NCBI GenBank assembly: GCA_034677945.1
Contig: JAXDCN010000069.1
Span: forward strand, 4,387 to 68,386
DNA length: 64,000 bases
Direction of reading: 5' to 3'
Source: Candidatus Saccharimonadales bacterium
GTDB taxonomy: Bacteria; Patescibacteriota; Saccharimonadia; Saccharimonadales; Saccharimonadaceae
Shown here: positions 16,213 through 25,961 of the stretch, one piece after another
Layout: each line of letters starts with the position of its first letter
Position numbering within the stretch: position 1 is the stretch's first letter
The notes under the pieces: generated by a model
The model's database searches: none
What the model was told of the DNA's origin: nothing
What the model saw: the letters and a program-made list of their open reading frames with translations, nothing else
Translations under genes and position numbers: made by a program

Positions 16213-17508
16213 TTATTCGTACCTAAGGGCTTTTATCGGGTCCAAGTTAGCGGCTCGTCTGGCCGGCAATGTTCCGGCAAGGAAGGCGATGAATGCTATC
16301 AGCAGAATTATTAGCGTTACGTCGAGAGGCGGGAAGACGGTCATGTCAAAACCAGGCAAATCTTTCAAGAAACTTTTCGAAGCAACCGAATTTGCTATTT
16401 GCCCGACACCCATTGCCGCCAGCACTCCCAAAAGGCTGCCCCAAAAACCGATTAAGATTGCTTCGATACTGAATAGCAAGAATATTTTGCCTTTGCTCAT
16501 ACCCAGAGCTTTCATCAGTCCGATTTCTTTGGTGCGCTCTTGTACGGCCATAAACAGAGTGTTGATTATGCCGAAGCTGGCCGCTAGGAGCGCTATCGCG
16601 CCGAAGAATATTAGAACGTAGGTTATAGCATCGATTACTTGTTTGATTATTCCTATCTGGTCTTTGATAGTCATGGCGTCGTAGCCATTTTTTGCCAAAC
16701 TGTCCTTGATCCTAGTCAGTCCTTTTTCGCCGATATTAATATCAAATTTAGCGGTTGCGCCGACGTACTGGGTTTTGACCGTATCGGGCAGCCCGTTGGT
16801 TTGAGTAGCGTACATTTTATCAATTAAAACCGGACTGGCGAGTACTCCGGTAGTCGATGCGATAATGCTTTCTTGTTCCACTCCGGCAACGACCGCGGAT
16901 ATCGTGACGGTTCCGGGCTTGACTCCATTTGAGATGCCGAATGTAACGGTTTTTCCGATGGCGTCATTCGCGGAAGAAAAACCTAACGGTTCAACGAATT
17001 TGATTGGTAATATAACCTCGTCTTTTTTTAAGTTGATGTCGCTGCCGGCGATCAAATCAATATTTGAACCTTCTATTGTTTCAGAAATGCTGACCTCGTA
17101 CTTTTGTTTGTCTTTACCCTGGATATACTCGGGCGAAACGCCTAGAATCGGTTTGACGTTTTTTATACCGTCTTGTTTTTTGATTTCCGAAATATCTTCG
17201 TCGGTTATCATGTAGGCGTCTATCGATGAAGTTATGTTGTTTGCGCTGGTTTTTGAATTTGGATCGTATTTTTTCAGCCCTTCGCTAGATTCCAGTGGGT
17301 TTTCGATCTTTGCCTGAATGAATAAGACGTCATCGGCGCCAATACTGCCAAGCTGTTTGTCGATATAGCTGGAAATCCCGGAGCTGATACCGACAGTCAT
17401 CGTAATGGTAAAAGTACCTACGAAAATTGCTATGATGGTCAATATTGTCCTAAGTTTACTGCGAAGCATGTTGGAGCTAGCGGTTGAAAGAATATCTCTG
17501 AGTCTCAT
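16213..17508 (-). CDS. ABC transporter permease, FtsX/MacB-type
   Basis: An N-terminal TM helix, a large periplasmic domain, then a C-terminal 3-TM FtsX block ending AARRAANLDPIKALRYE. The ATG at 17508 overlaps the ATPase stop (ATGA). Confidence 0.8.
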   Translation of the reverse strand: MRLRDILSTASSNMLRSKLRTILTIIAIFVGTFTITMTVGISSGISSYIDKQLGSIGADDVLFIQAKIENPLESSEGLKKYDPNSKTSANNITSSIDAYMITDEDISEIKKQDGIKNVKPILGVSPEYIQGKDKQKYEVSISETIEGSNIDLIAGSDINLKKDEVILPIKFVEPLGFSSANDAIGKTVTFGISNGVKPGTVTISAVVAGVEQESIIASTTGVLASPVLIDKMYATQTNGLPDTVKTQYVGATAKFDINIGEKGLTRIKDSLAKNGYDAMTIKDQIGIIKQVIDAITYVLIFFGAIALLAASFGIINTLFMAVQERTKEIGLMKALGMSKGKIFLLFSIEAILIGFWGSLLGVLAAMGVGQIANSVASKSFLKDLPGFDMTVFPPLDVTLIILLIAFIAFLAGTLPARRAANLDPIKALRYE

Positions 17509-18188
17509 TTTCGTTCCTCTCTGACAATTTCGCCGTCTTTCAAATATATCCGCCTTTGGCAACGACTGGCAAGTTCGTGGTCGTGCGTAACAATAATCAG
17601 AGATATGCCGTGTTGCTTGTTTAAGTTAAACAGAATATCCTCGATTTTTCTGCCGGTCGCCGAGTCAAGGTTGCCGGTCGGTTCGTCGGCGAATATTACG
17701 GTCGGATTATTAACAAGAGCCCTTGCGATGACGACACGTTGTTTTTGGCCGCCGCTAAGATCTTTGGCTTTGTTTTTGGCCTTGTCAGCCAATTCGACGT
17801 CTTCGAGAACTTTCATGGCTTTTTCTTTGCGGGCTTTTTTGCCGACGCCGGCGATTTTGAGCGGCAAAATGACGTTGTCTAACACCGTATTATTAGCGTT
17901 TAAAAAAAATTGTTGAAAAACGAAACCGAACGCTTTATTGCGCAGTCTGTCGAGCTGTTTGTTTGACATTTTACCGGTGTCTCGGCCCAAGAGGCTAATC
18001 GTGCCGTCCGAAGGGGTGTCGAGTAAAGCCAAAAGATGCATCAAGGTACTTTTGCCCGAGCCGCTTTTACCGACAATCGCAACCGTTTCGCCTTTTTCGA
18101 TTGATAAATTTACCTTATTCAAAGCCGTAAATAGCGAATCTTTTTCGTCGTATTGTTTTGTCAAATTATGAGCCGCTAGCAGCGACAT
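17505..18188 (-). CDS. ABC transporter ATP-binding protein (MacB/LolD-like)
   Basis: Walker A is GKSGSGKST, the signature is LSGGQKQR, and Walker B is VIFADEPT. Confidence 0.9.
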   Translation of the reverse strand: MSLLAAHNLTKQYDEKDSLFTALNKVNLSIEKGETVAIVGKSGSGKSTLMHLLALLDTPSDGTISLLGRDTGKMSNKQLDRLRNKAFGFVFQQFFLNANNTVLDNVILPLKIAGVGKKARKEKAMKVLEDVELADKAKNKAKDLSGGQKQRVVIARALVNNPTVIFADEPTGNLDSATGRKIEDILFNLNKQHGISLIIVTHDHELASRCQRRIYLKDGEIVREERK

Positions 18189-18277
18189 AGATATCCCCCA
18201 TATTCAATATTTATTATTATAGCAAACCGTGAGCATTTATATTTGCTTATGTTATACTTTTATCAAAAGGGGATTAT

Positions 18278-18952
18278 ATGGTTGAAGAAAAAGAGCCTGT
18301 AAAAGAAGCTCACAAGCAAGGATCTTCGATAAGAAGAAGCTTTTTGAATAAATGTTTGTTTTTGATTTTGCTATTTATAGTCATGTTCGGATTATCGGCG
18401 AGCGGTATCTACTGGTGGCGCGACACGATTGCGACTGATTTTGAAAATAAACAAGCGACTACTATCTCTACGCTGCAAAAAACTATCTCCAGTTTGAATA
18501 CAAGGCTTAAACAAGAAAAAGCTAAAAACGCAACTGATTCAACTCCGACCGACACGGACGGCGACGATACTTCGTGTACGCCCGTCGCGCCGGCCTATTC
18601 TGTGCTCGAAAACATTCAAGCATCGATTACTTCAGGGAACACGGCGGCCTTGGAGGGCTATATGGCGTCAACCGTAGATGTGATATTAGCAGCTACGGAA
18701 GCATACGGCGAACAGACTCGGACCCAAGCCGTCGGCGATATCACTGATTTTATTTCGGGTGAAAGCGGTTGGGATTTTACGCTGCCGGCATCCGTTTTGA
18801 GTTCTTACGGCAAGGGCGGTTATGGCCAGTATTTTACGAATATCGACGTAGTAGGCAAGTCGGCAAATGGCAAAGTGATTTCGTTCTTGTTTGATTGCAA
18901 CTCAAAAATCAGCACCGTACTGTTAGTTTCCAACGAAGATTTGCTTCAATAA
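18278..18952 (+). CDS. Membrane-anchored hypothetical protein
   Basis: SD AAAGGGG. One N-terminal TM helix (CLFLILLFIVMFGLSASGIYWW), then a coiled region and a globular C-terminal domain. Confidence 0.6.
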   Translation: MVEEKEPVKEAHKQGSSIRRSFLNKCLFLILLFIVMFGLSASGIYWWRDTIATDFENKQATTISTLQKTISSLNTRLKQEKAKNATDSTPTDTDGDDTSCTPVAPAYSVLENIQASITSGNTAALEGYMASTVDVILAATEAYGEQTRTQAVGDITDFISGESGWDFTLPASVLSSYGKGGYGQYFTNIDVVGKSANGKVISFLFDCNSKISTVLLVSNEDLLQ

Positions 18953-19075
18953 CACTACCCAATAATATGGTGTAAACTTGTAACTTATGTTATAACTATA
19001 GCAAATATGAAGAGTTGCGACTCCGTCGTGAACTTAGTAGTATTAGCACCTATTAAAGAAAGGGGTTGAGTACTG

Positions 19076-20104
19076 ATGGGACTACATTATAGTCCGGTCG
19101 ACGTAACAATCGAATTGACAAGCCGATGTAATTTGGATTGCTGGCATTGTATTTCGTCCAGCGGCGAAGAAGCCGCTCCGGAAGAATTGACAATCGACGA
19201 ATGGAAAAAAATAATCAATGAGCTTAGAGGTCTGGGAACCAAGAAGATTATATTTTCCGGCGGAGAGCCGACGTTGGTGCCTGGTTTTGACAGGCTTATC
19301 GCACTCGTTGCCATGAATAACATGGAATATTCCTTTGTCACTAACGGATATGAAGTGCCCAATAGAATTCTCAAGGCAATTACCAAATTTCGTCCCTATA
19401 CCGTCGGCGTTAGCCTGGATGGCAACGAAGCTGTTCACAATTCCATAAGGATGAAAAACGATAGCTGGGGCCGTTCATTGAAAACGATCAAAATTCTTAG
19501 GGATCAAGGCCAACATGTCACAGTAATCACGACCGTTACGAACTGGAATTTCCATACCCTGAACGGTTTGTCGAAAATTGTGTCCGAAATCGCCGATTCG
19601 TGGCGATTGCAACTGGCGATTCCATTTGGCAGGATGAAATTGCGGGACGATTCGTTGATTTCTGAGAACGATTTCAAAGAACTGTGCAGTCGATTGATTG
19701 ATTATCGCAAGGCTTATGCTCAATTGGATATTGAGGCAGGCGATTGTTTCGGCATGGCTCCGCCCGGCACGATACGTTCAGCAAAATGGGCTGGCTGTAG
19801 TGCCGGTATATGGTCGTTAGGAATTGATTCACGCGGCGAAGTATTGCCGTGTCTGTCTATCCGTAATGGCATGTCCGGAGGCAATGTCAAGACCGAATCC
19901 GTTGAGGATATCTGGAGCCGTTCCAAGTACATCGGCATGTTTCGGTGGTTCAAACCTGATTACGCCATGGGCGGTAAATGCGATGAATGTTCGCAGCTTG
20001 ACGAATGTCATGGCGGTTGCGCCGGGATGTCGTATGCGTACTACGGAGAATTTCATTATTCGCCATTTTGTTATTTCAGGTCGTTCGACATGCAAGGTGG
20101 CTAG
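19076..20104 (+). CDS. Radical SAM enzyme with a full SPASM domain (second copy in the window)
   Basis: CNLDCWHC matches CxxxCxxC. The SPASM signature is CSAGIWSLGIDSRGEVLPC (C-x13-G-x4-C) plus CDECSQLDECHGGC. The SD AAAGGGG is upstream. Confidence 0.85.
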   Translation: MGLHYSPVDVTIELTSRCNLDCWHCISSSGEEAAPEELTIDEWKKIINELRGLGTKKIIFSGGEPTLVPGFDRLIALVAMNNMEYSFVTNGYEVPNRILKAITKFRPYTVGVSLDGNEAVHNSIRMKNDSWGRSLKTIKILRDQGQHVTVITTVTNWNFHTLNGLSKIVSEIADSWRLQLAIPFGRMKLRDDSLISENDFKELCSRLIDYRKAYAQLDIEAGDCFGMAPPGTIRSAKWAGCSAGIWSLGIDSRGEVLPCLSIRNGMSGGNVKTESVEDIWSRSKYIGMFRWFKPDYAMGGKCDECSQLDECHGGCAGMSYAYYGEFHYSPFCYFRSFDMQGG

Positions 20105-20167
20105 TATGTGTTTGTTAACAGCAGAATAGCGGCATGTATGATAATAACACCAGCCAACCCCCCCTTA

Positions 20168-20230
20168 GCCCGCATCCGGGAGACTAATTTTAGCATCAGC
20201 TAATTATTAGTCTTCCGGGGCGGGCTTTTT
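20168..20230 (+). terminator. Unusually long hairpin with a T-run (terminator)
   Basis: The arms GCCCGCATCCGGGAGACTAATTTTAGC and GCTAATTATTAGTCTTCCGGGGCGGGC are about 27 nt each, with a few mismatches or wobbles and an ATCA loop. TTTTT follows. Confidence 0.6.
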
Positions 20231-20279
20231 AATTTGCGAGGAAAATGTTGTAAAATATTAACAAGGAGGAGTTTAGTGT

Positions 20280-20717
20280 ATGGTGAACGCAAAGAAAACT
20301 TTATATCGGATTCCAAAGAAGGGGCAAATATTCGGCGTATGTGCCGGGTTGGCAGAATATTTTGATATTGATGTTACCCTGATGAGGGTAATTTTTGTCG
20401 TGGCGGCATTTGCGACTGGCGGCGCCGTAATCTTGCTGTATTTGATTTTGGCGGTCGTATTGCCCGTTTCAAACGATAACGGCAAAGAACAATCCGTAAG
20501 CGAAAGAGTGCATAAACTTGGCCAAGAATTTCAAAACAGCAAAGTCGCGTCCAGGACGCGAAACTTTTTTGGCTTCGGGCTACTGGTCCTTGGACTGTGG
20601 CTATTGATCGGACAAATATTTCCGGGGTGGTTTGAGCTTCGCTGGGACTTTGTCTGGCCGGTACTGATTATTCTGGCCGGCCTATTAATAATAACCAGGA
20701 GGGGAAATGGTCAATAA
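20280..20717 (+). CDS. PspC domain-containing membrane protein
   Basis: LYRIPKKGQIFGVCAGLAEYFDIDVTLMRVIFVV is a canonical PspC domain. A strong SD, AAGGAGGAG, lies upstream. Confidence 0.8.
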   Translation: MVNAKKTLYRIPKKGQIFGVCAGLAEYFDIDVTLMRVIFVVAAFATGGAVILLYLILAVVLPVSNDNGKEQSVSERVHKLGQEFQNSKVASRTRNFFGFGLLVLGLWLLIGQIFPGWFELRWDFVWPVLIILAGLLIITRRGNGQ

Positions 20718-21675
20718 GAAAAAAATTGAGACATCACCGCAAGAGGTTGTTTATAAAGCGCAGGAAAATTCAACCTTTGGCCGCTTCAACGTCGGTAACG
20801 TATTCTGGGGGCTTTTGTTCATAATTGTTGGCGGTTTGATGCTGGCCGACAATTTTGGATACATAGACGTTCATTGGGCTAATCTGTGGAGACTGTGGCC
20901 GCTGTTAATTATTGCTGCCGGCTTGTCAATCTTGTCTTTGCAAGGCTTATTTTGGCGAATAACGACGCTGTTTGTCAGTTTCTTGATGCTTGGTGCCGTC
21001 GTTTGGGTCATGCTTGGTGACTTGCCGAGCATAGGCCAATACAAAACGACTGATTTTACCGTTCAGTCGGCTTCAAACGAAATTATGCAAGCGGAAGTAA
21101 AGATCAAGGCGGGGGCTAGTTCTATTAATATCGGCAGCGCAAACCAAGACGCGATCGTGAAATCAAAATTTAAAAGCAGTTTGTTAGACATCAGCAAGAG
21201 CAGTACCGTCAGCGGTACTACCCAAATGATAAGTCTAGAAACAACGTCCAGGCAGTCGGTTAATTGGTGGACAGGCGATATGGAAAATATTTGGGATCTT
21301 GACCTGACTCGACAAATACCGCTAGCTATCAATATCGATGCCGGCGCATCCAGCGTAGAGGTTGATTTGTCCGAAGCAAAGCTTCGTTCGGCGATCGTCA
21401 AAATCGGCGCCGGCAGTCTGGTGTTTAAAGTAGGCAGTCTGGAAGATACCGTCAATTTGAATATAGAATCTGGCGTCAGTTCGGTCACCTTAAGATTACC
21501 GAACGGCAGCGGCGTGCAACTTAGATTGGATAGCGGATTGGCGACTAATGATGTCGCGGATCTAAGCAAAGTCGGTGATAACCTGTACGAATCGTCAGGT
21601 TATAGTCAATCAAACAAGAAAATAAATATCACTTCCAAGACCGGCGTGTCGTCGTTTAGAATAGAACGCTATTAA
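20707..21675 (+). CDS. LiaF/DUF5668-like membrane protein with a beta-rich C-terminal domain
   Basis: The N-terminal TM region is FWGLLFIIVGGLMLADNFGYIDV...LWPLLIIAAGLSIL. The C-terminal repetitive beta-strand region is toastrack-like. The gene overlaps the upstream PspC gene. Confidence 0.5.
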   Translation: MVNKKKIETSPQEVVYKAQENSTFGRFNVGNVFWGLLFIIVGGLMLADNFGYIDVHWANLWRLWPLLIIAAGLSILSLQGLFWRITTLFVSFLMLGAVVWVMLGDLPSIGQYKTTDFTVQSASNEIMQAEVKIKAGASSINIGSANQDAIVKSKFKSSLLDISKSSTVSGTTQMISLETTSRQSVNWWTGDMENIWDLDLTRQIPLAINIDAGASSVEVDLSEAKLRSAIVKIGAGSLVFKVGSLEDTVNLNIESGVSSVTLRLPNGSGVQLRLDSGLATNDVADLSKVGDNLYESSGYSQSNKKINITSKTGVSSFRIERY

Positions 21676-21728
21676 TTACGAAATATTTAGTATAAGTCGC
21701 CAGTATCGAAAAGGCGAGTGCTATTGCG

Positions 21729-22313
21729 ATGGCAATAACTTATAATGAAAGCATGGAAAACAAGAAGAGTATCCAATACATACAGATTGGGCTCTTCTGT
21801 TTTTTTGTTTTACTGATGATCTGCGTCATTATCAGGCCCGAGGGGCTGGGTGCGAATAATGGTATTAGTTATTATGGGACGTTTGCGAATACGATAGTGC
21901 CTTATTCGCTGGCCTTTTTAATCGAAAGTATCGTAATGTGGCGGGCTTCCTCGATCATGGACAAAAATACAAAATTTGATCGAAACATCAGCTATGCACT
22001 GAAGGCTTTTGCTATCCTTTTTGTCGGCATTCTAATAACGCCGCACACTGTTCTTGGATGGGAACACAAGATCATAGGGACGACTTTGTTTGGTATCCAA
22101 TTCATTATGTGTATCGCGTTTGTTTTGTATATTTATAGCGACCTGCTGAACGTCGTCCTGCTGGCCTTACTATTTATCAGCGGCTTGTTGTCTTTGATGT
22201 ATTTAATCGTGCCGATAGGTTTTATGATCCAAGCCCAGGTTATTTTTCAGATATCGGTCTGGCTGATATTCATCAGATCTTTTATACATTCTCACTCTCG
22301 TTTAGAAGCCTAG
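21729..22313 (+). CDS. Polytopic membrane protein, hypothetical
   Basis: The 194-aa ORF has about 6 hydrophobic helices and no recognisable motif. Confidence 0.5.
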   Translation: MAITYNESMENKKSIQYIQIGLFCFFVLLMICVIIRPEGLGANNGISYYGTFANTIVPYSLAFLIESIVMWRASSIMDKNTKFDRNISYALKAFAILFVGILITPHTVLGWEHKIIGTTLFGIQFIMCIAFVLYIYSDLLNVVLLALLFISGLLSLMYLIVPIGFMIQAQVIFQISVWLIFIRSFIHSHSRLEA

Positions 22314-22314
22314 C

Positions 22315-24786
22315 TTGGGCTATAATGAGCTTATGTTAGAAGGACTATCGTTTCAAAGCGTCAAAAAATTGCGTCTGCAATACGGTCCGAATACTCTGCA
22401 GGATGATATAGGTAAGAACAGGGCGTTGATCGCTTTTTTAGCAAGGTTCAAAAACCCGTTAGTCATAATTCTACTTTTAGCGGCGTCGTTGTCGTTGTTT
22501 TTTGGCGATAATGCCAGTTTTTTTATAATCGTCTCGATCGTGGCCCTTAGCGTCGGCCTGGATTTTTTGAACACTTATCGCTCTGAGCGGGCGGCCGAGG
22601 CTTTGAAGGACAAAGTCCGCGTCAAAGCGCACGTCATAAGAGACGGGAAGGAACATCTTGTTTCGGTTAGCGAGCTGGTTCCCGGAGATATCGTCCTGTT
22701 GACCGCCGGCAAAGTCATTCCAGCCGACGGCGTTATCGTCGAGGGCAAGGATTTATCGACGAACGAAGCCGCTTTGACCGGCGAATCATTCCCTCAAGGC
22801 AAACCGGTCGGTACGGAGGTGTTTATGGGCAGCGGCGTGATTAGCGGATCCGGCGTGATGCGCGTAACTAAAATTGGTAAATCCACAAAATTCGCTCATA
22901 TCGCCAAGGCCTTGCAGTCGGCGCATCAGGTAACCGAATTCGAAACGGAAATCAAGGAATTCAGTATTCTGATTATCAAGATTACGTTTTTTCTGGTCAT
23001 CTTTGTTTTCATGGCGAACATACTATTCCAGCGCAATATTCTTGAATCGGTGCTATTCAGTCTGGCGCTAGCCGTCGGTCTAACCCCGGAACTGTTACCT
23101 CTTATTATCACGTTGAATCTGACCAAAGGCTCGCTCAAGATGGCCAAAGAAGGCGTCATCGTAAAGCAGCTGTCAGCCGTGCAAAATTTTGGCAGCATGG
23201 ATATTTTATGTACCGACAAGACCGGGACATTGACCGAAAATCTGATTGCTTTGGTCAAATATGTCGACGGAAAAAACAAGGATTCGGACAATGTATTGCT
23301 GTACGGCTATTTGGCGAGTGTTTTTTCGACCAGTTTCGGCAATCCGCTGGACGCGGCGGTCAAAGCACACTCTGGCGTAGATATTTCGATGTATCGCAAA
23401 ATTGACGAAATACCTTTTGATTTCGAGCGCAAACGTGAGGCCGTCGTGGTTCATCACGTGCACGACAAACGACGCTTTTTGATAGTCGAGGGTGCACCCG
23501 AAGAAATATTGAAGATTTCTAGTACTTATCATTCATCTAAAAAACAAGTACTGACAAGACAGCTGCGAGACGAAATTCAGGCGACTTACGATCAACTCAG
23601 CCGGGATGGTTTTCGCGTTCTAGCCGTGGCCTCAAAGGAAATCGGGGCGGAGAAACATTATGAACCGAGCGACGAAAAGAAATTATCTTTCCATGGGTTC
23701 TTGGCGTTTTTGGATCCAGCCAAAGCTTCGGTAACGGAAACGCTCGAACGAATGCGAGATATGGGTATTAGCACGAAAGTTATCACCGGCGATAATGCCT
23801 ATGTGACGGTCAAAATCGCAAATGATATCGGATTACCCATCGAAGGTATCCTGACGGGAGACGAACTTGATAAATTGTCGAAACAAGAATTTGCGATAGC
23901 CGTCGAAAAGACGACCATTTTCGCACGCGTCAACCCGGAACAAAAAATGCAGATAATCCAGGCTTTGCAATCGAATGGCCATATCGTCGGCTATATGGGT
24001 GACGGCATTAATGATGCACCTAGCCTAAGGGCGGCCGATGTCGGCGTGTCTGTCAATAACGCCGTTGATGTCGCCAAAGACGCGGCTGACTTCATTCTGC
24101 TGCGCAAAAATCTGCACGAATTGACGAACGGCGTAGTCGAAGGCCGTAAAACTTTCGCCAACACGATGAAATATCTGCGTATGAGTTTGAGTTCAAATTT
24201 CGGCAACATGTTTTCGATGGCCGGCGCGTCATTATTCCTGCCGTTCCTGCCGATGCTGGCGACGCAAATCCTGTTAAATAATTTGCTTTATGATGCCTCG
24301 CAGTTTGCGATTCCGCTTGATAATGTCGATGAAACCGAAGTCTTGAGGCCGCATACTTTGAGTATCAAAGAAATCAAGAAATTCATGTGGTCATACGGGT
24401 TGCTTAGTTCGGTATTTGATTTCGCAACTTTCGGCTTGCTTTTATTAGTATTCCAAGCCGACCAATCAATATTTCAGGCTGGCTGGTTTATCGAATCGAT
24501 CATGACGCAAGTACTGGTCGTGTATGTTATCAGGACCAAACTGGTTCCTTTCAAGGAAAGCAAACCGGCGGCACTGCTGGTGGTCAGTACACTGCTAGTG
24601 ATATCTTTGGCGTTCATGGCTATATTGCTGCCGGTACGCACGATTTTCCGTTTCGGCCTATTATCATCTACGCAAATCGCGGCACTGGTTTGTTTGGTGC
24701 TGATATATCTGTTTTTTGCCGAACTTATAAAAGTCAGGTTTTATGGCAGCCGTTCGATCGAATCGCAACTGCGCCCTCGCGGATAA
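22315..24786 (+). CDS. mgtA: P-type ATPase, Mg2+-importing (MgtA-like)
   Basis: TGES, the phosphorylation site CTDKTGTLTEN, and MGDGINDAPSLRAADVGVSV. The track start is TTG 22315, and an in-frame ATG at 22333 is an alternative. Confidence 0.75.
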   Translation: MGYNELMLEGLSFQSVKKLRLQYGPNTLQDDIGKNRALIAFLARFKNPLVIILLLAASLSLFFGDNASFFIIVSIVALSVGLDFLNTYRSERAAEALKDKVRVKAHVIRDGKEHLVSVSELVPGDIVLLTAGKVIPADGVIVEGKDLSTNEAALTGESFPQGKPVGTEVFMGSGVISGSGVMRVTKIGKSTKFAHIAKALQSAHQVTEFETEIKEFSILIIKITFFLVIFVFMANILFQRNILESVLFSLALAVGLTPELLPLIITLNLTKGSLKMAKEGVIVKQLSAVQNFGSMDILCTDKTGTLTENLIALVKYVDGKNKDSDNVLLYGYLASVFSTSFGNPLDAAVKAHSGVDISMYRKIDEIPFDFERKREAVVVHHVHDKRRFLIVEGAPEEILKISSTYHSSKKQVLTRQLRDEIQATYDQLSRDGFRVLAVASKEIGAEKHYEPSDEKKLSFHGFLAFLDPAKASVTETLERMRDMGISTKVITGDNAYVTVKIANDIGLPIEGILTGDELDKLSKQEFAIAVEKTTIFARVNPEQKMQIIQALQSNGHIVGYMGDGINDAPSLRAADVGVSVNNAVDVAKDAADFILLRKNLHELTNGVVEGRKTFANTMKYLRMSLSSNFGNMFSMAGASLFLPFLPMLATQILLNNLLYDASQFAIPLDNVDETEVLRPHTLSIKEIKKFMWSYGLLSSVFDFATFGLLLLVFQADQSIFQAGWFIESIMTQVLVVYVIRTKLVPFKESKPAALLVVSTLLVISLAFMAILLPVRTIFRFGLLSSTQIAALVCLVLIYLFFAELIKVRFYGSRSIESQLRPRG

Positions 24787-25333
24787 CGTCGATCTTATCA
24801 CCGTCAATTTTGATAATCGTAGAAGGCGGGACGTCTGAAATAATGCCGCCGTCGACATAGAAGTCTACCTTGTCGTCAAAATATTTTTTAGCTTGTTCGA
24901 TACTATTTGAAACTGGCTGGCCCGGTTGATTGGCACTTGAGGTAATTAACGGGCCGGTTGTTTCCAAAAAATTTCTAAGTTCTTTATTCGCAACCACTCT
25001 GGCAGCGATACTGCCGGTTGCTTGGTGTAAGTACTCCAAATCAGGTCCGGCGTTCAAGATAATACTGACGGGTCCAGGCCAAAAAGCTTGGGCCGTTTTT
25101 AAAGATTCTTTGGACAAGCCCAAGTTTTCTAGCTGTTCTACATTTGCGGCAATGATTGTGCCCGGTTTATGCTCACGGTTCTTTAGTCCGTATAGGCGTG
25201 TTGTTGCCTGGATGTCGGTTGCCAGAGCAACTAAACCATAGACGGTGTCGGTAGGTATGACGCCAATTTTGCCGTTTATTAGGTGCTTGGCCGCATCGTC
25301 CCATAAAACTATTGAACTCGGTTTTTTATGCAT
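24734..25333 (-). CDS. tsaC: L-threonylcarbamoyladenylate synthase (TsaC/YrdC family)
   Basis: GVIPTDTVYGLVA, LKNREHKP, ITSSANQPG and PSTIIKI blocks. Confidence 0.8.
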   Translation of the reverse strand: MHKKPSSIVLWDDAAKHLINGKIGVIPTDTVYGLVALATDIQATTRLYGLKNREHKPGTIIAANVEQLENLGLSKESLKTAQAFWPGPVSIILNAGPDLEYLHQATGSIAARVVANKELRNFLETTGPLITSSANQPGQPVSNSIEQAKKYFDDKVDFYVDGGIISDVPPSTIIKIDGDKIDVIREGAVAIRSNGCHKT

Positions 25334-25421
25334 AAGATAATGTTATCACATATAATCAAGTCGTCGCCAAGATATTAGAAAAAATATCACACGGTCGAAT
25401 CGCTTGTGTTAATCTAGTTAT

Positions 25422-25886
25422 ATGACGAGCGAACTTATGATTAGAATTATTGCTGACGGAGCCGTGTTGCCGATCGTTCTGATCGGAACCTATGCGCTGG
25501 TTTTCAAGATACCAAAAGACAAACGCTTAGAATCATACAAGCAAGTGTTGATGGCGGGATTAACGGCTTATTTGTTCGCGAAAATGGCCAGTATCATATT
25601 TCAGCAATCAGGTCAGCGCCCTTTTGAATTATTAGGTACTGCCGCTGGGGCATCGTATTTGAATAATCCCGGCTTTCCGTCGGACCATGCCTTGTTCGTA
25701 ACGGCGATTACCTATGCAGTATGGTTCCAGACCAAACACAGAGCCTTAACAGCAATTCTAGCCGTACTCACTTTGGCGGTTTGTGTCGGCAGGGTATTGG
25801 CGCTTGTCCATACCCCTCTAGATGTAATTGGCGGCGTGGTAATCGCGTCGGTCGGCGCGATTTGGTATCTGAACTCGAAACCATAA
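25422..25886 (+). CDS. PAP2-family phosphatase (membrane)
   Basis: PGFPSDH and GRVLALVHTPLDVIGG match the PSGH and SRxxxxxHxxxD-type blocks. Confidence 0.65.
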   Translation: MTSELMIRIIADGAVLPIVLIGTYALVFKIPKDKRLESYKQVLMAGLTAYLFAKMASIIFQQSGQRPFELLGTAAGASYLNNPGFPSDHALFVTAITYAVWFQTKHRALTAILAVLTLAVCVGRVLALVHTPLDVIGGVVIASVGAIWYLNSKP

Positions 25887-25961
25887 ACACTATGTTGTAC
25901 CCTAGTTTTGCCTAGTGTACAAGGATGATGTATAATGTAGCTAGTTTACGGAGAACAAAGC

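Noticed and set aside
20134-20187. 17-codon ORF (MYDNNTSQPPLSPHPGD) downstream of the second rSAM, considered as a possible precursor.
   Set aside because: It has no SD and no Cys, and its 3' half forms the left arm of the terminator hairpin. It is most likely fortuitous.
24734-24786. The 53-nt mgtA/tsaC overlap as a sign of a frameshifted pseudogene.
   Set aside because: Both ORFs contain their complete conserved C-terminal blocks before the overlap. Only the short non-conserved tails overlap.
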